Shown: in pieces, positions 1 through 12,070 of the stretch
Layout of the letters: the number at the start of each line of letters is the position of its first letter
How positions within the stretch are numbered: the stretch's first letter is position 1
Made by a program: the position numbers and the translations under genes
DNA from: Octopus bimaculoides
Lineage: Eukaryota
Direction of reading: 5' to 3'
Length of the DNA stretch: 46,317 nt
Assembly: GCF_001194135.2 (NCBI RefSeq)
Contig: NC_068987.1
Location: 71,086,269-71,132,585 of the forward strand
Notes under the pieces: model-generated
Database searches by the model: none
What the model was told of the DNA's origin: nothing
The model's input: only the letters and a program-made list of their open reading frames with translations

Positions 1-16
1 AGAAGAAGAAGAAGAA

Positions 17-55
<39 letters not shown>

Positions 56-475
56 GAAGAAGAAGAAGAAGAAGATGATGATGATGATGATGATGAAGAA
101 GAAGAAGAAGAAGAAGAAGAAGAAGAAGAAGAAGAAGAAGAAGAAGAAGGCAAATGTGTATAACATAGTTATTGTATCTTGGCATACGTAGTTAGTGGCG
201 GTAGACGCAGCGACGACTGACTTTCTAGTAGTGCCGGTGGTATTGGTAGTGGCGGTGGCGGTGGTGGTGGTGATCGTGGTGGTGGTGGTGATGGCTGATG
301 ACGATGTTGATGATCATGATGATGATGGCGATGACAATGATGATGATGATTATCATCATCATCGTCATCATCATCATGTTTGTGACAGTGCTGACATGTG
401 GAGGGTGATGACAGCATGTATGTTCGTTGTGAGTTAAGATGAGAATTACGCCGAAAATAACTACAGCGTTAAACC

Positions 476-525
<50 letters not shown>

Positions 526-555
526 ATAGTGGTGGTGGTGGTGGCGGCGGTGATG
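1..555. repeat. Compound trinucleotide microsatellite block (GAA/GAT, GGT, GAT/CAT, GTA)
   Basis: Directly visible (GAA)n/(GAT)n 1-148, GGT/GAT-rich 235-375 and (GTA)n 478-525, running into a gap. Confidence 0.95.
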
Positions 556-879
556 NNNNNNNNNNNNNNNNNNNNNNNNNNNNNNNNNNNNNNNNNNNNN
601 NNNNNNNNNNNNNNNNNNNNNNNNNNNNNNNNNNNNNNNNNNNNNNNNNNNNNNNNNNNNNNNNNNNNNNNNNNNNNNNNNNNNNNNNNNNNNNNACGGA
701 CACAAAAACACTTATTTTGAACTTCAAAAAATACCCAGAAAACATTAGACCTTTTTAAGCTAAAGCCGGATAAGAGGTCTTTAGGAAGGTCCTTCATTAA
801 TGATAAAGCCTCAAACGGGGCAGCTGAATCAGCCGACCCTCTCAAAATCCAAAGTAAGTGATATTCTTTCATTTTGTTG

Positions 880-1490
880 CTCCGATAAACATGGTCGTTT
901 TCAGAGTAGGGTGTGTTTCAGACCCGTTTTCAGAGGCTGGATCGCTGTAATGCACAGCGACACCTGTTCAGTGGTCTAAGTAAACGACCACCTAACGGAG
1001 CCGTTTGGCGTCGGACGCTCGGTCCGTCAGGGCTGCCTGATGTCGCCTCTTCTATACATATTGGCACTCGAGCCACTGTTGCGGGTGTTGAAACAGCTAA
1101 GGGGGCATCCTTTTCGAACTTGGACAAGGAAGGACAGTGTCAGCATACGTGGACGATGTCACCGTCATGGTGTCGGACGCCTCCGAAGTGAAGACGGTCG
1201 ACACCATCCTAAACTGACTGCAGGGGCTAAAATCAACACCGACAAATCGGTTGGTTTGCGGTTAGGCGCCTGGAGAGGCAGGACAATGCCATCAGATGTT
1301 GTCGTCGGACGATGGACCGACGGACCAGTTAAAGTGCACGGAGTCTGGTTTGATCCCGACCTTCAGGTTGATAAGAACTGGGACGAGGTGGCGAACAGAG
1401 TGGCCAGTGCGACTCAGAAATGGGCTGAAAGAAAGCTGTCCCTGAAACGTCGGGCAGAGGTGGTGAATGATTACATCACCTCCGTTATCA
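880..1490 (+). mobile_element. Decayed Tx1/L1-clade non-LTR retrotransposon reverse transcriptase fragment
   Basis: Translation gives GWIAVMHSDTCSVV*VNDHLTEPFGVGRSVRQGCLMSPLLYILALEPLL (QG-x-SP motif). After a frameshift comes VSAYVDDVTVMVS (YxDD motif at 1146-1157), then GAKINTDKSVGLRLGAW...WAERKLSLKRRAEVVN, typical of Tx1-like RT. Contains a stop and frameshifts. Confidence 0.88.
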
Positions 1491-2220
1491 TTCGTTTACT
1501 CCTTTCGTTGTTGTTGTTGTTGTCGTCGTCGTCGTCGTCGTCGTCGACGGCGTTGTCATCATCCTCATCTTGATAATTATTTCAGATTGTCAGACGTCGT
1601 TGCTTCGCTCGTTTTTTTTTTTTTAAATACATTCCTTTTATTTTTTACCATACATTTACTAACTTTTCAACATTGTTTCCTCTTACAGAAGAGTGGGAAG
1701 AAGAGTGCATTTAATTGTTGTTAAAATGCACTTCAAAGCAGCCTTAGTATAGGAACAGTAATAAGGACAAAAAAATTAATAATTTCGCGAGAATATTACC
1801 GACTACAACAGCCACCTAAGTTGGCGGTTAGAACGGCCGAAATGTTGGGATCCTAAAAACTATGGTGAATACCCTAGTCCGAATATATCAGTGTAAAATT
1901 CTTTAAAGCAATAGGCTACAATTTAAAAGAGATGACTCTGCTATTTCTAGCAGGTCGAAAGGCCACTTAGAGCTTCTCAAGGCGCCTCATCCAATTAAGT
2001 GCATCTCCGAGAAGATGCTACACACTAAGTTTACAAACAATCACCAATTGCATCTGTTTTTCTGTCTCTTTTATTATATTTGCATTCATTCTTTTTCTGT
2101 ATCTCCTGTGTCAATAATATAGATTCAACATGTATTAAAACGAATATGTTTGACATTATTAGACAATTAAATTGGTTCAAATGTCAGGGTAAAAAGAAAT
2201 GACATCAATAAATTACTTAC

Positions 2221-2270
2221 GAGAAGGAACGTGAAATATATGCAAAAGCAAATACCTAGATGATTTGAAC
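2221..2270 (-). other. Candidate 50-bp exon (product unknown)
   Basis: Minus strand: acceptor gttatttgttAG, donor TC|GTAAGT. Phase-1 reading SNHLGICFCIYFTFLL is open. No homology recognised. Confidence 0.25.
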
Positions 2271-3244
2271 CTAACAAATAACATCGCATGTTAATGTTGT
2301 TTTGCCTTTTTTCCTATCTCCAAATAATTAGAGCTGATTTAAAACAGTGAGTCATAGTAACCGAAACCGATCTATTTTTCTTTTTTGTCTTCTTTTGCCG
2401 TGTTTTCTTTTCTCTTGTTTTTTTTTCTTTGAGTTTTGTAAAATACTACGTTGTCAAGGAACTTTTTGCCGGTAATTTGTACGGTGGGTTTTGCCGAACA
2501 AGCGAAATTTAATGGTGATTCATGAATTCACCAGCAATGCTTCACTACACACATTTACCATATCTCTTCCTAGTAATAATATAAATGATTGTGCTGTTGT
2601 TTTGCCGCGGGTCACCTCCAATCAAACCGTTTCATCTGTGACCATCCTGATAAATTTTCAAGATGGTAGCTTGTTGTCTAAGGGAGAATTCACTGCTAAT
2701 ACTAACAGGTCGAGCGAAAGTACAAATGCTCCGTCGTGAGATCCTAATTATAGATTTCTAGCATAGGTACAAGGTTGAAGATTTATAGTCAGAGATGGGT
2801 GTATCTTTTCTGATTTAGGATATGGTTATGCAGCCGTAAAAAGGAATAAAGAACATGTTTGATATATGAATCATTACGGATGTCAGCAAGCTTCTCTATT
2901 TGTATCCCAAGACATATCGATTATTTTATACAACTCTATCTTATCTCAGCCTCTGATCCGTTTTCTCATACACTGTTAGCATACGCTAGCATGGCTTTAG
3001 GTTGTTTTTTTTAATAACAAAGAAGACTTCTGATGATATTCCATTCGTAGTAAATTAACAATGTAATAATAGCTATGAAAAGCGAATATAGAATGAGAGA
3101 AACAAATAGGGTTGTATTTGCAAAACCCTTATGAGAAGAAATAGAAATAGAAATAACTGGTACAATTCCATGAAATGCGATGCAGCAGCAAAATGGTATC
3201 AACAGGTCGCAGAAATAGACTATAAAGAAACGATAATATTGATA

Positions 3245-3440
3245 TCAAATTTTGGTACAAGGCTATCTATTTCGTGGGGGGGGGGGAGTGGTTATGTCGA
3301 TTACATGAACCCTCAATATTCAGCTGGGTACTTATTTCATCGAGTCCAAAAGAATGAAAGGTAAGTTGGCCTCGGCGGAATTTGAACTCAAAACGTAAAG
3401 GCGAAGTAAATACCGATAACCATTTTTACCCTGTGTGCAA
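3245..3440 (-). mobile_element. tRNA-derived SINE, family A
   Basis: Reverse complement of the family-A body (GAGTTCAAATTCCGCCGAGG...TTTCATTC...GTCGAT...AAGTACC). Confidence 0.8.
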
Positions 3441-3825
3441 TAACTAAAGAGCATGTGTAGAATGAAGAAATTCGAAGTACGATGTCTTGGAACAGCGGAA
3501 TTGCTCTAAGAAAGAAAGCATAAGAACAGTTTTGTAGAGATATAGGGAAATACTGGTTTAGTAGAAAACACTAAGTTTTGAACAGTCATTAAGATATTTT
3601 GCATAATCAAAACTCATTCAAAAAAATTGCTATATTATTCTGCTTTTGCTCCTGTTAATACAATTATTTATTCTCATGTCAGCCCTTTTCAAGCAGTCTT
3701 AACATCTCAAGGGGGTATGTAAGTAAAATATAAGTAAATTTGTTTTAAACTTTTCTTCTACGACATTCAACATTTAGGGAGCATACAATTCTTAGATATA
3801 TAATCTTTTAATATGTATGAGGCTT

Positions 3826-4020
3826 GCGAGCTGGCAAAATCGTTAGCAGGTCGAGCAAATTGATCAGCAGCATTTCGCTTGTTTTTATGTTCTGAGTTCA
3901 ATTTCCACCGAGGTCGACTTTATCTTCTCGGAGTCGATAAAATATATACCAGTCGAGCACTTAGGTTGATGTAATCGACGTACCCCGAACTTGCTGTCCT
4001 TGATCCAAAATTTGAAACCA
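3826..4020 (+). mobile_element. tRNA-derived SINE, family A
   Basis: A-box-like TGGCAAAATCG, B-box-like GAGTTCAATTTCC, body GAGGTCGACTT...GTCGATAAAAT...TGTAATCGAC, end CCAAAATTTGAAACC. Homologous to the copy at 9533. Confidence 0.85.
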
Positions 4021-4920
4021 ATATCTATGAACTTTGTGTTGGATCAAAGGCAAAATATGTAAACGTCACTCACTAGAAATGGAATTAATGAACAGAATAA
4101 TCCTAATGAAAGAATCTCAATGCTGATTCATAATTATCTGATCAGAATGCAGACAGATTTATCACAAGTTGTAATACGATTTCTAGGATGGTATCTTCAT
4201 AGATTACACAAACGGTCGGTTGATGTAGGAAACTAAACCAACATTTTTGAGAAATATAATTTTTCGGGACACTAGACATATTGAGAAGGGTATAAAATGA
4301 TTATTGATCGATGTTATTACTATTATATATCCCAATTCAGTCGAAACAGAAGAGAACTATGATAACACGCATCCCAGTATTCACCAACCTGTCTTTTTAT
4401 CTGACTTAGAGTATATAAATGTTCAAAGTCTCACCTTTAAGATGATTTCTTGTGTTTTAAAGAAGGTTTGAATGCTGTTTCTAGTAGAATCTATACTATA
4501 AAAGGCAAATCTACTCTGTGTGTGTGAATGTTTAAAATTAATACATTTACACAATTTCACTCCAAGAATTTCCTAATAATGAATAAAATCCGTAAAACTA
4601 CAGGAGTAAATATTCCTTTTCGCAGGAGCTGCTAGGACGGCAATTTATGATGAAGCAATTGCTGGCGATCGGTTGCTACACAGTTCTGCCAGAATTCTAT
4701 CAGATTGGGCAGTAGATGATGATGCACCGTTTTGCATTATGTTCAAAGTAACTTGTGGAATGTGGTGAATTGCTGCAATCTGTTGCTGTCTTTTTAAACC
4801 GGTTTCTTTCTTTCCCCAGCAAGTTCTCTTCTTTGGAGGCATAATCTATGTACATATTAAACAGAACAACAAAAGTTATAACAGATGGGAGGGTCGGTAG
4901 TTTTCACATTTCGGTGATTT

Positions 4921-5062
4921 TTCAGATTAACACCCGCACGATTACGTAACCCTAAAACCGTAACCGTAAGACTAACCCTCATCGTAACCGTAAAACCGTA
5001 ACCCTGACCCCAAAACCGTAACCCTAACACCCTAGTGAAAATCGTGCGGGTGTTAATCTGAA
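4921..5062. mobile_element. MITE-like palindromic element with 23-bp perfect inverted repeats and telomere-like interior
   Basis: TTCAGATTAACACCCGCACGATT (4921-4943) is the exact reverse complement of 5040-5062. The interior is degenerate TAACCC/TAACCG/TAAAACCG units. Confidence 0.8.
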
Positions 5063-5403
5063 TGTTAATAATAATGACCTCTGCAGATCAAACTCTGAAC
5101 CCAACTAAGTCTTAATTGTATATATATATATGGGAACACACACACATATACACACTAAAAAAAATGTTAGTAAGTACAGAACTTCAGCATTATATATTAA
5201 GATGGGCAACATACACACACACTAAATAAAAAAAAATGACAGGTATTTGTACCTGTGTGTATTAATGTGTATTCTGTGTCTATATATGGTAGTAATTAAA
5301 TGCGTTTTAAGAAAGATATTAGAAAAATTCAGTTTGTAGGGAATAAATGTTTGACTGTCGATCCTATTTGGAAGAGAATGACAGATATTGGTATGTATGA
5401 GTG

Positions 5404-5449
5404 TGTGAGTTCAAATTCCGCTGAAGTTGACTTTGCCTTTCATCCTTGG
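5404..5449 (+). mobile_element. SINE family A internal fragment
   Basis: TGAGTTCAAATTCCGCTGAAGTTGACTTTGCCTTTCATCC matches the B box and body. Confidence 0.75.
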
Positions 5450-5515
5450 GCAACACACACACTAAATAAAAAAGATGTTAGTAAGTAAAAGTGTTTTAAA
5501 AAAGATTGTTAAATT

Positions 5516-5589
5516 TTCAGATTAACACCCGTACGATTTTCACTACAGTGTTAGGGTTAGGTAGGTAATGATGCGGGTGTTAATCTGAA
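5516..5589. mobile_element. Second, inverted and internally deleted copy of the 4921-5062 palindromic element
   Basis: TTCAGATTAACACCCGTACGATTTTCACTACAGTGTTAGGGTTAG is near-identical to the reverse complement of the right end of the first copy. Ends TGCGGGTGTTAATCTGAA. Confidence 0.78.
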
Positions 5590-5869
5590 GATTTACGAAA
5601 AGATTTTCAAAAAAAAACTCACAGTTTGTAGGGAATAAATGTTTGTTGATCGTATTTGAGAAACATGTCTCGCTGGTAAATGACGGTGTTAGAAATGGAA
5701 AGTAAACTTATAATTCCCGCCAATTAGAATGAGGTCATTAGTAACCATAGGTACATATATATGTGTGTATTTACGTATGATTGGCAGTGTGTCTGTTTAT
5801 TTGACTCTCACTCCCCTTCGTTTCTTTGTCTTTTCAGAAAGGGTAAAGAAGTACACATTCTTACGTAGG

Positions 5870-6020
5870 AGGTGTACTCAATTAATATGAATACCAGTAC
5901 TTGGCTGGAATTCATTTTATCGAGCCCGGCAGAATAAAAGAGGAAAGACGTCTCCTGAAGGATTCGAACTCAGAAGATAAGGGCTGTAAATATCTAAATA
6001 TTACACTGTGCATTTTCGGT
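5870..6020 (-). mobile_element. Degenerate SINE family A copy
   Basis: ttttatcgagccc...gaataaaagaggaaagac...ggattcgaactcagaa resembles the reverse complement of the family body and B box. Confidence 0.6.
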
Positions 6021-7345
6021 TCTCAAACCAATCCTTAGTTTCTTGAACAGAAAAGTCTACAGCAATAATATTAACGGGAATGAGTGTAGTTATGTCAGCA
6101 ACGTGATGCATCTTAGACGAGAGGCTTGTCAAAGAGAATGTAAGCAATCGGAATCCAACACAAATATCGGATGAAGATCTTTACAAATTTGGTGCGGAGT
6201 GATGTCCCAAAAATGAAATAGAGAAGTAGATTTCATATGAATTATAACATATAAAACCTCAAGTCAGTTATATTTTTGCGTAATAGATTACTCTCCCGCT
6301 TATTTTATGACTACACTAGCTACAGACATTTATTGTTATTGAATATATAATGGAAATTAAAGACAAGAAGTGCTCAGTTACTGGTATTTTACTGCCTATG
6401 TTTTTCCATTAGTATCTGCTTTTCATACAGTAGTTACCATTCAGTATAGAACTATATATATTACTTTTGCTTTTCATATATACGCAAATACGTAGTTATT
6501 TGTTTGCTTCTACATATCTGTTTATATATCCAAGTATCTTCTTAACAAATAGCACTAGTATGTATACATAAGCATACACACACACACACACACACACATA
6601 CACACACACACACGTGTGTGTGTGTGTGTGTGTTTAAGCACTCAACATTCACAGAGAGAGAGATGGAGAGAGATAAGTATCCCACCACTACCTAAATTAT
6701 ACTCGTTTATTTCATATTTCAATGAATTTGTAAAGTTATTAAAAGATGACGGATTTATTATAAAGGTGACCTTTTAATATCCAAGTGACTCGATGATAGT
6801 TTTCTTTTAATTCGATCGTTGTTTGGACCAGTGATGCGACATTTACTTGAAGAAGACTGCAAATTGATCTGTCAAAACAGTATAGATATGTCACAAACAA
6901 CTGCGAATATTGTGAGGTTTCTTCACGCTCTCAGTACACTATACAGTAACAAGATACATTCTGCTCTGGAGACAGAAATGTTTTGATTTTATGTAGAATG
7001 TCAACATATTCCATTAAGTTCTTTATTAATATGTTGGTTGTCTGGCTGATAGAGAATGGAGCCATTCTTTAATCGATATTTTACACATGACAATACTAGA
7101 TCAATCGGTAAAATAGTAAACATGTTTGCCACGTCATGTCACGTCACCACTCACAAGAGAATTCTAATATACAGCTTCAGTATGTGCAACGTATTTATAC
7201 TAACTTAAACACACTATCTTACATATATATATACGTACACAGACATACAAACACAGACACACCTATGTAGAAATATATATATTTCTACACATACATACCT
7301 TCATACATATATTTGCATATGTATGTATAGGCATGTATACATATT

Positions 7346-7387
<42 letters not shown>

Positions 7388-7554
7388 AAGGATGACCACT
7401 AAGTGGAGATCCATTTTGCTAGAAATAGACTACCTATGGTCTGACCACTAAGAAAAGAGTGTTCTCAAGAAAAAATTCAGCAAACACCAGAACGTAAGCG
7501 ATCAAAACAAATGAAAAGATACAAAATATAAAGATTAATTATAGACCACTTTCC

Positions 7555-7610
7555 TTGTGACTGAGCACTCCACAGACACGCGCACCCTTAACGTAACTCC
7601 CGGGTAGATA
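7555..7610 (-). mobile_element. SINE family B 3' fragment
   Basis: ctgagcactccacagacacgcgcacccttaacgtaactcccggg is the reverse complement of the segment at about 15275-15320. Confidence 0.7.
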
Positions 7611-8815
7611 TAATAGATATAATCATTCGAAACAAGCATTCTCTCGACATCATTCACACGCGCCTGGTTAGGGCTCAGATATTACAGTCCGAGTTGCTAT
7701 CTATAATCGTAACAATTAAAAGTAATTCAAATTCAATGTTTTCACTATTTAAATTAGCTTTTCAGGGTATATTGTGAAGTAATCAATTCTTGTGACAAAG
7801 GGGTCTCGCCATTCTTGATGCTTGAAAAGTAAGAATGAGTCTAGAGAGTGGACAAATGGACTCTTGTGAATTTTGGAGAGGCAGTAGAAAAGGCTTTATT
7901 TGCATTTAAAGTTTGTGATATAGTCGTTTTCTTTCTCTGTGAGGCCTTTTCCATGTTTGAGTATTAAAGATGCAAGATCTTTTAACGTTTTTTTGCTGCC
8001 TATAATTTGCAACTTTTTCATAAAAGGAGTCATTTTCTAGTATGGACGATGCTAGGTTTTTACAGTGTTCTGTGTCCATTGGATCACGATTCCACCAGTA
8101 TATATCCATACATACATACATACATACATCCATCCATCCATCCATACATACATACATACATACATACATACATACTGCACGCACACACACACACATGCAC
8201 AAATACCGAGATGATGCTGATAAAAGTTCCAATGAAGGAGCCTTGAATCTATGTTAGAGTCCGGCTCTTTCTCTATGGACAAGAAATACAGAAATGAAAC
8301 TGATACACATACATATATACATACATACATACATAGATGTATACATACAGATATATAAAACGAGACAAACGCATAAGCAGACAAGGAAACTGATAGATAG
8401 GACAGAAAAAGAGAGAAAGGAAAGAAAGGAGAGAGAAGTGAGAGAGTTAGATATTATTTGATTATGTGAAAGATTGCGAAGTTCTTATGTATTTCCATGA
8501 GTCTATGTGTATAAGGATATGAAAGCGCATATGTTTCTCTTTTGTATGTGAGTGTGGGTGTGTCTGTGCGTGCGTGTGTGTGTAGGAGTGTGTGCTTGAA
8601 CTTCGTAAATTTTATTGACTTGGGTTATTTTTTATGCAATTGTTATCCTACCTATTTGTTATAACTAATGATACATTCACACAAACAGACGCGCATTGCG
8701 TATACATATGCATGTATATTTGTATCGATGTTTGTGGTAAGTGCTTAAATGTGTATGCATATGTGCGTCTACTTACATCCATACATAATTCATACATGCA
8801 TGTATATATATATGC

Positions 8816-8856
<41 letters not shown>

Positions 8857-9446
8857 NNNNNNNNNNNNNNNNNNNNNNNNNNNNNNNNNNNNNNNNNNNN
8901 NNNNNNNNNNNNNNNNNNNNNNNNNNNNNNNNNNNNNNNNNNNNNNNNNNNNNNNNNNNNNNNNNNNNNNNNNNNNNNNNNNNNNNNNNNNNNNNNNNNN
9001 NNNNNNNNNNNNNNNNNNNNNNNNNNNNNNNNNNNNNNNNNNNNNNNNNNNNNNNNNNNNNNNNNNNNNNNNNNNNNNNNNNNNNNNNNNNNNNNNNNNN
9101 NNNNNNNNNNNNNNNNNNNNNNNNNNNNNNNNNNNNNNNNNNNNNNNNNNNNNNNNNNNNNNNNNNNNNNNNNNNNNNNNNNNNNNNNNNNNNNNNNNNN
9201 NNNNNNNNNNNNNNNNNNNNNNNNNNNNNNNNNNNNNNNNNNNNNNNNNNNNNNNNNNNNNNNNNNNNNNNNNNNNNNNNNNNNNNNNNNNNNNNNNNNN
9301 NNNNNNNNNNNNNNNNNNNNNNNNNNNNNNNNNNNNNNNNNNNNNNNNNNNNNNNNNNNNNNNNNNNNNNNNNNNNNNNNNNNNNNNNNNNNNNNNNNNN
9401 NNNNNNNNNNNNNNNNATTATTATTATTATCATTATTATTATTATT

Positions 9447-9523
<77 letters not shown>

Positions 9524-9532
9524 TATTAACGT

Positions 9533-9736
9533 GGCGAGATGGCAGAATAGTTAGCACGCTGCCCGAAATGATTAGTGGTATTTCGCCTGTCGCTACGTTC
9601 TGAGTTCAAATTCCGCCGACGTCGACTTAGAATTTCACCCTTTCGGCGTCAATCAGTTAAGTGCTGGTGAAATACTGAGGTCGATGCAATCAATTTATCC
9701 CCTCCCCCAAACTGGCTGCCCTTGTGACAAAATTTG
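9533..9736 (+). mobile_element. tRNA-derived SINE, family A (near full length)
   Basis: A box TGGCAGAATAG, B box GAGTTCAAATTCC. Flanked by (ATC/ATT)n and (ATT/GTT)n. Confidence 0.88.
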
Positions 9737-9745
9737 TTGTTATTA

Positions 9746-9789
<44 letters not shown>

Positions 9790-9810
9790 GTTGTTGTTGA
9801 TGATGTCGTT

Positions 9811-9867
<57 letters not shown>

Positions 9868-9870
9868 ATA

Positions 9871-11056
9871 GTTGCCTTTGCACAGCTTCTAACGCTAGTG
9901 ATGTACTACAGTGTCAGCTGTTCACTACCAGTGAACTAAGGTAACACCTCATTTTTTTCGAGCACCTTCCGGAGTATTCGAGCGGTTCCAAGCAGTGCTG
10001 TTTTTTGCACGTCCTCCACCCTTATTGCAGCCCCTATTTGTTCCATGTACCTCTCGAGATTTGTGCTCACTGTTCCTAGGACTCCGACAATTATTGGTAC
10101 TACTGATACCTTTCTCATCGCTTTCCAAGCTAACCTGTCATATCTCTCGGCTTTTCTTTCTTCCTTATCGCATACCTTGTTCTCATCTAATCTTGCTATA
10201 TCTATGATCCAGCATAGTTTGTTTTCTTTCTCAATTAAGACTATTCCTGGCCTTCTATTCTCTATCTCATGGTCGCACTGAATCATAAAATCCCATAGGA
10301 TCTTTGCATTTCTATTTTCGATGATGCCTTCAGGTTTGTGAGTCGTACCAATATTTACTCTGTCAAGTCCATAATTGTTGCAAAGTGTCCAATGGACAAG
10401 CCTGGTCATATTGTCGTGGTGTCTCTTATATTCCTTCTGGACTAGTGGCGTACATCGGCTGGTAATATGCCATACGGTTTCAATATTTTTTCCTCAGATT
10501 CTGCACTTATCACTTTCTGATGTGTTGTCTAATCTGTATTTTATGTAGCTTGTTCTTAGTGCCTGCTCTTGGGAAGCACACATGAGAGTCTCCGTTTCCA
10601 GTTTATATCACTTTTAGTCATCCACAGCCATCTTTTTTCTCTGTCTATCTTATCTTCAACATCCCTATGAAATTGACCATGCACCTATTTTCAGTTTCAT
10701 TCGTTTTCAATTTCTTGTATAGTGCTTTATCTTTGCAATCTTTCATCATACTCAAGCCTGACCTTCTTACTTCTAGTAATAGCGGTTGTGTGGCATTTTT
10801 TATACACCATGCTGTGTTGTTTTCTCTGCTCTAATGTTGTGTTCGCATCGAATAAGTCTTCTTCCCCATCTTTTTCTTGGTGCATACAGTCTGTCTGTGT
10901 CACGTTTTGGGTGGAGTGACCCATATCTAGTTAGCAACTTGCTTGTCTTTCTGTGTAAGCTGTTTAGTTCGTCTGTTGCCCATGCGATTACCCCTATTCA
11001 TATCTAAGGAGTGAAATCGCCCAGGTGTTGGTAGCTTCAGTCTTATTCTGTCTGTT
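9871..11056 (-). mobile_element. 5'-truncated R4/Dong-clade LINE (RT C-terminus, CCHC finger, restriction-like endonuclease, 3'UTR, (AAC)n tail)
   Basis: Minus translation: NTWAISLLRYE*GVIAW...LHPKRDTDRLYAPRK; ETETLMCASQEQALRTSY; CCHC relic KCRI*GKNIETVWHITSRC. ORF 9936-10409 has WDFMIQCDHEIENRRPGIVLIEK...IIDIA...KAERY...VVPIIVGVLGTV...QKTALLGTARILRKVL (restriction-like endonuclease). The 3' end runs into (AAC)n. Confidence 0.9.
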
Positions 11057-11057
11057 T

Positions 11058-11097
<40 letters not shown>

Positions 11098-11992
11098 ACA
11101 ACAACAACAACAGCAACAACAACAACAACAACAAAAACAACAACAGCAACAACAACAACAACAACAACAACAACAACGTTTTCATCGCTGTTACCGTGCC
11201 GTTGTTAGAATATCATTTAGATTGTTTGTTTCCGCTTGAAATGCTTGTAAGTATTGAACAAGAAAAATATTTTCTAAAATTGTCCCAGCAAGTCTATCCT
11301 GTCGATGGTATTTATATTGTTCGGCAACAACAGATGGGCTATTGATATGTAACTTCAGAGGACATCTAGGTATTTCCATAAACCTCATATAGACCTAGCA
11401 AGAAACTGATTTGAAGGGGACCAACTTCAACAAGTATGAAAAGCATTGCTACCCAGTGCGGCATATTTTGATGGAATGAAAGCACTCTCACTTCTCCAGG
11501 AGAGACAAAAATCATAAAAAGTAGAATGTTTTACTTATAATTACAGCTAACTTCACCAAACCATTATTTATGTATCCTGTGTTTGACGAAGCCGTACGCC
11601 GAAAATTGGCGTAAACATCAATAAACGAATACACAAGTGAAGAATCATACGATCACAATCAAATCTCTGGCACTATAATATGCATGCGTCTCCATGATTG
11701 TGTATACGAGGGCGTATGAGCGTGTACGTGTGTCTGTGTGCGCGCATTTATGTTTATACTCCCAACACACACACGTTCGTAATTTATATTCCGCGTAAGA
11801 GATTAATATGAAGCAGGAAATATTTAAAGAATTAAATTCTATTGAATGCTCCACCCACTACGGATGGGAGAAATATATTTCTGCAGATATAATTTAATAG
11901 TAAAATAATCAAGTCAATAAAAATGCACATGCCTCACTCCTTGCGAAGAGAGAGAGAAACATTATCAGGATAAATGCTATAATCTAACTTAC

Positions 11993-12070
11993 GGCCTCGG
12001 TTGTCACAATGGTAAGTGGATACTTCTTCAAAATTGCTGACATTAAGACATGTCAACCCGGATAAAAACA
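11993..12070 (-). other. Candidate 78-bp exon (product unknown)
   Basis: Acceptor gtatttgttttCAG, donor CC|GTAAGT. Single fully open frame FLSGLTCLNVSNFEEVSTYHCDNRG. An alternative start reading MSAILKKYPLTIVTTEA also exists. Confidence 0.42.

Noticed and set aside
1812-1850. Hammerhead-like shadow CCTAAGTTGGCGGTTAGAACGGCCGAAATG
   Set aside because: The core needs a deletion and substitutions to match CUGANGA. At best a decayed relic.
4944-5039. True telomere or CRISPR-like array
   Set aside because: The units are degenerate, short and enclosed by inverted repeats. There is no repeat-spacer structure and no cas genes, and the DNA is eukaryotic.
11586-11622. TTGACGAAGCCGTACGCCGAAAATTGGCGTA hammerhead-like string
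   Set aside because: U3.G8 is not a covariant pair and stem II does not pair. Only a 6-bp hairpin (TACGCC/GGCGTA) is supported.
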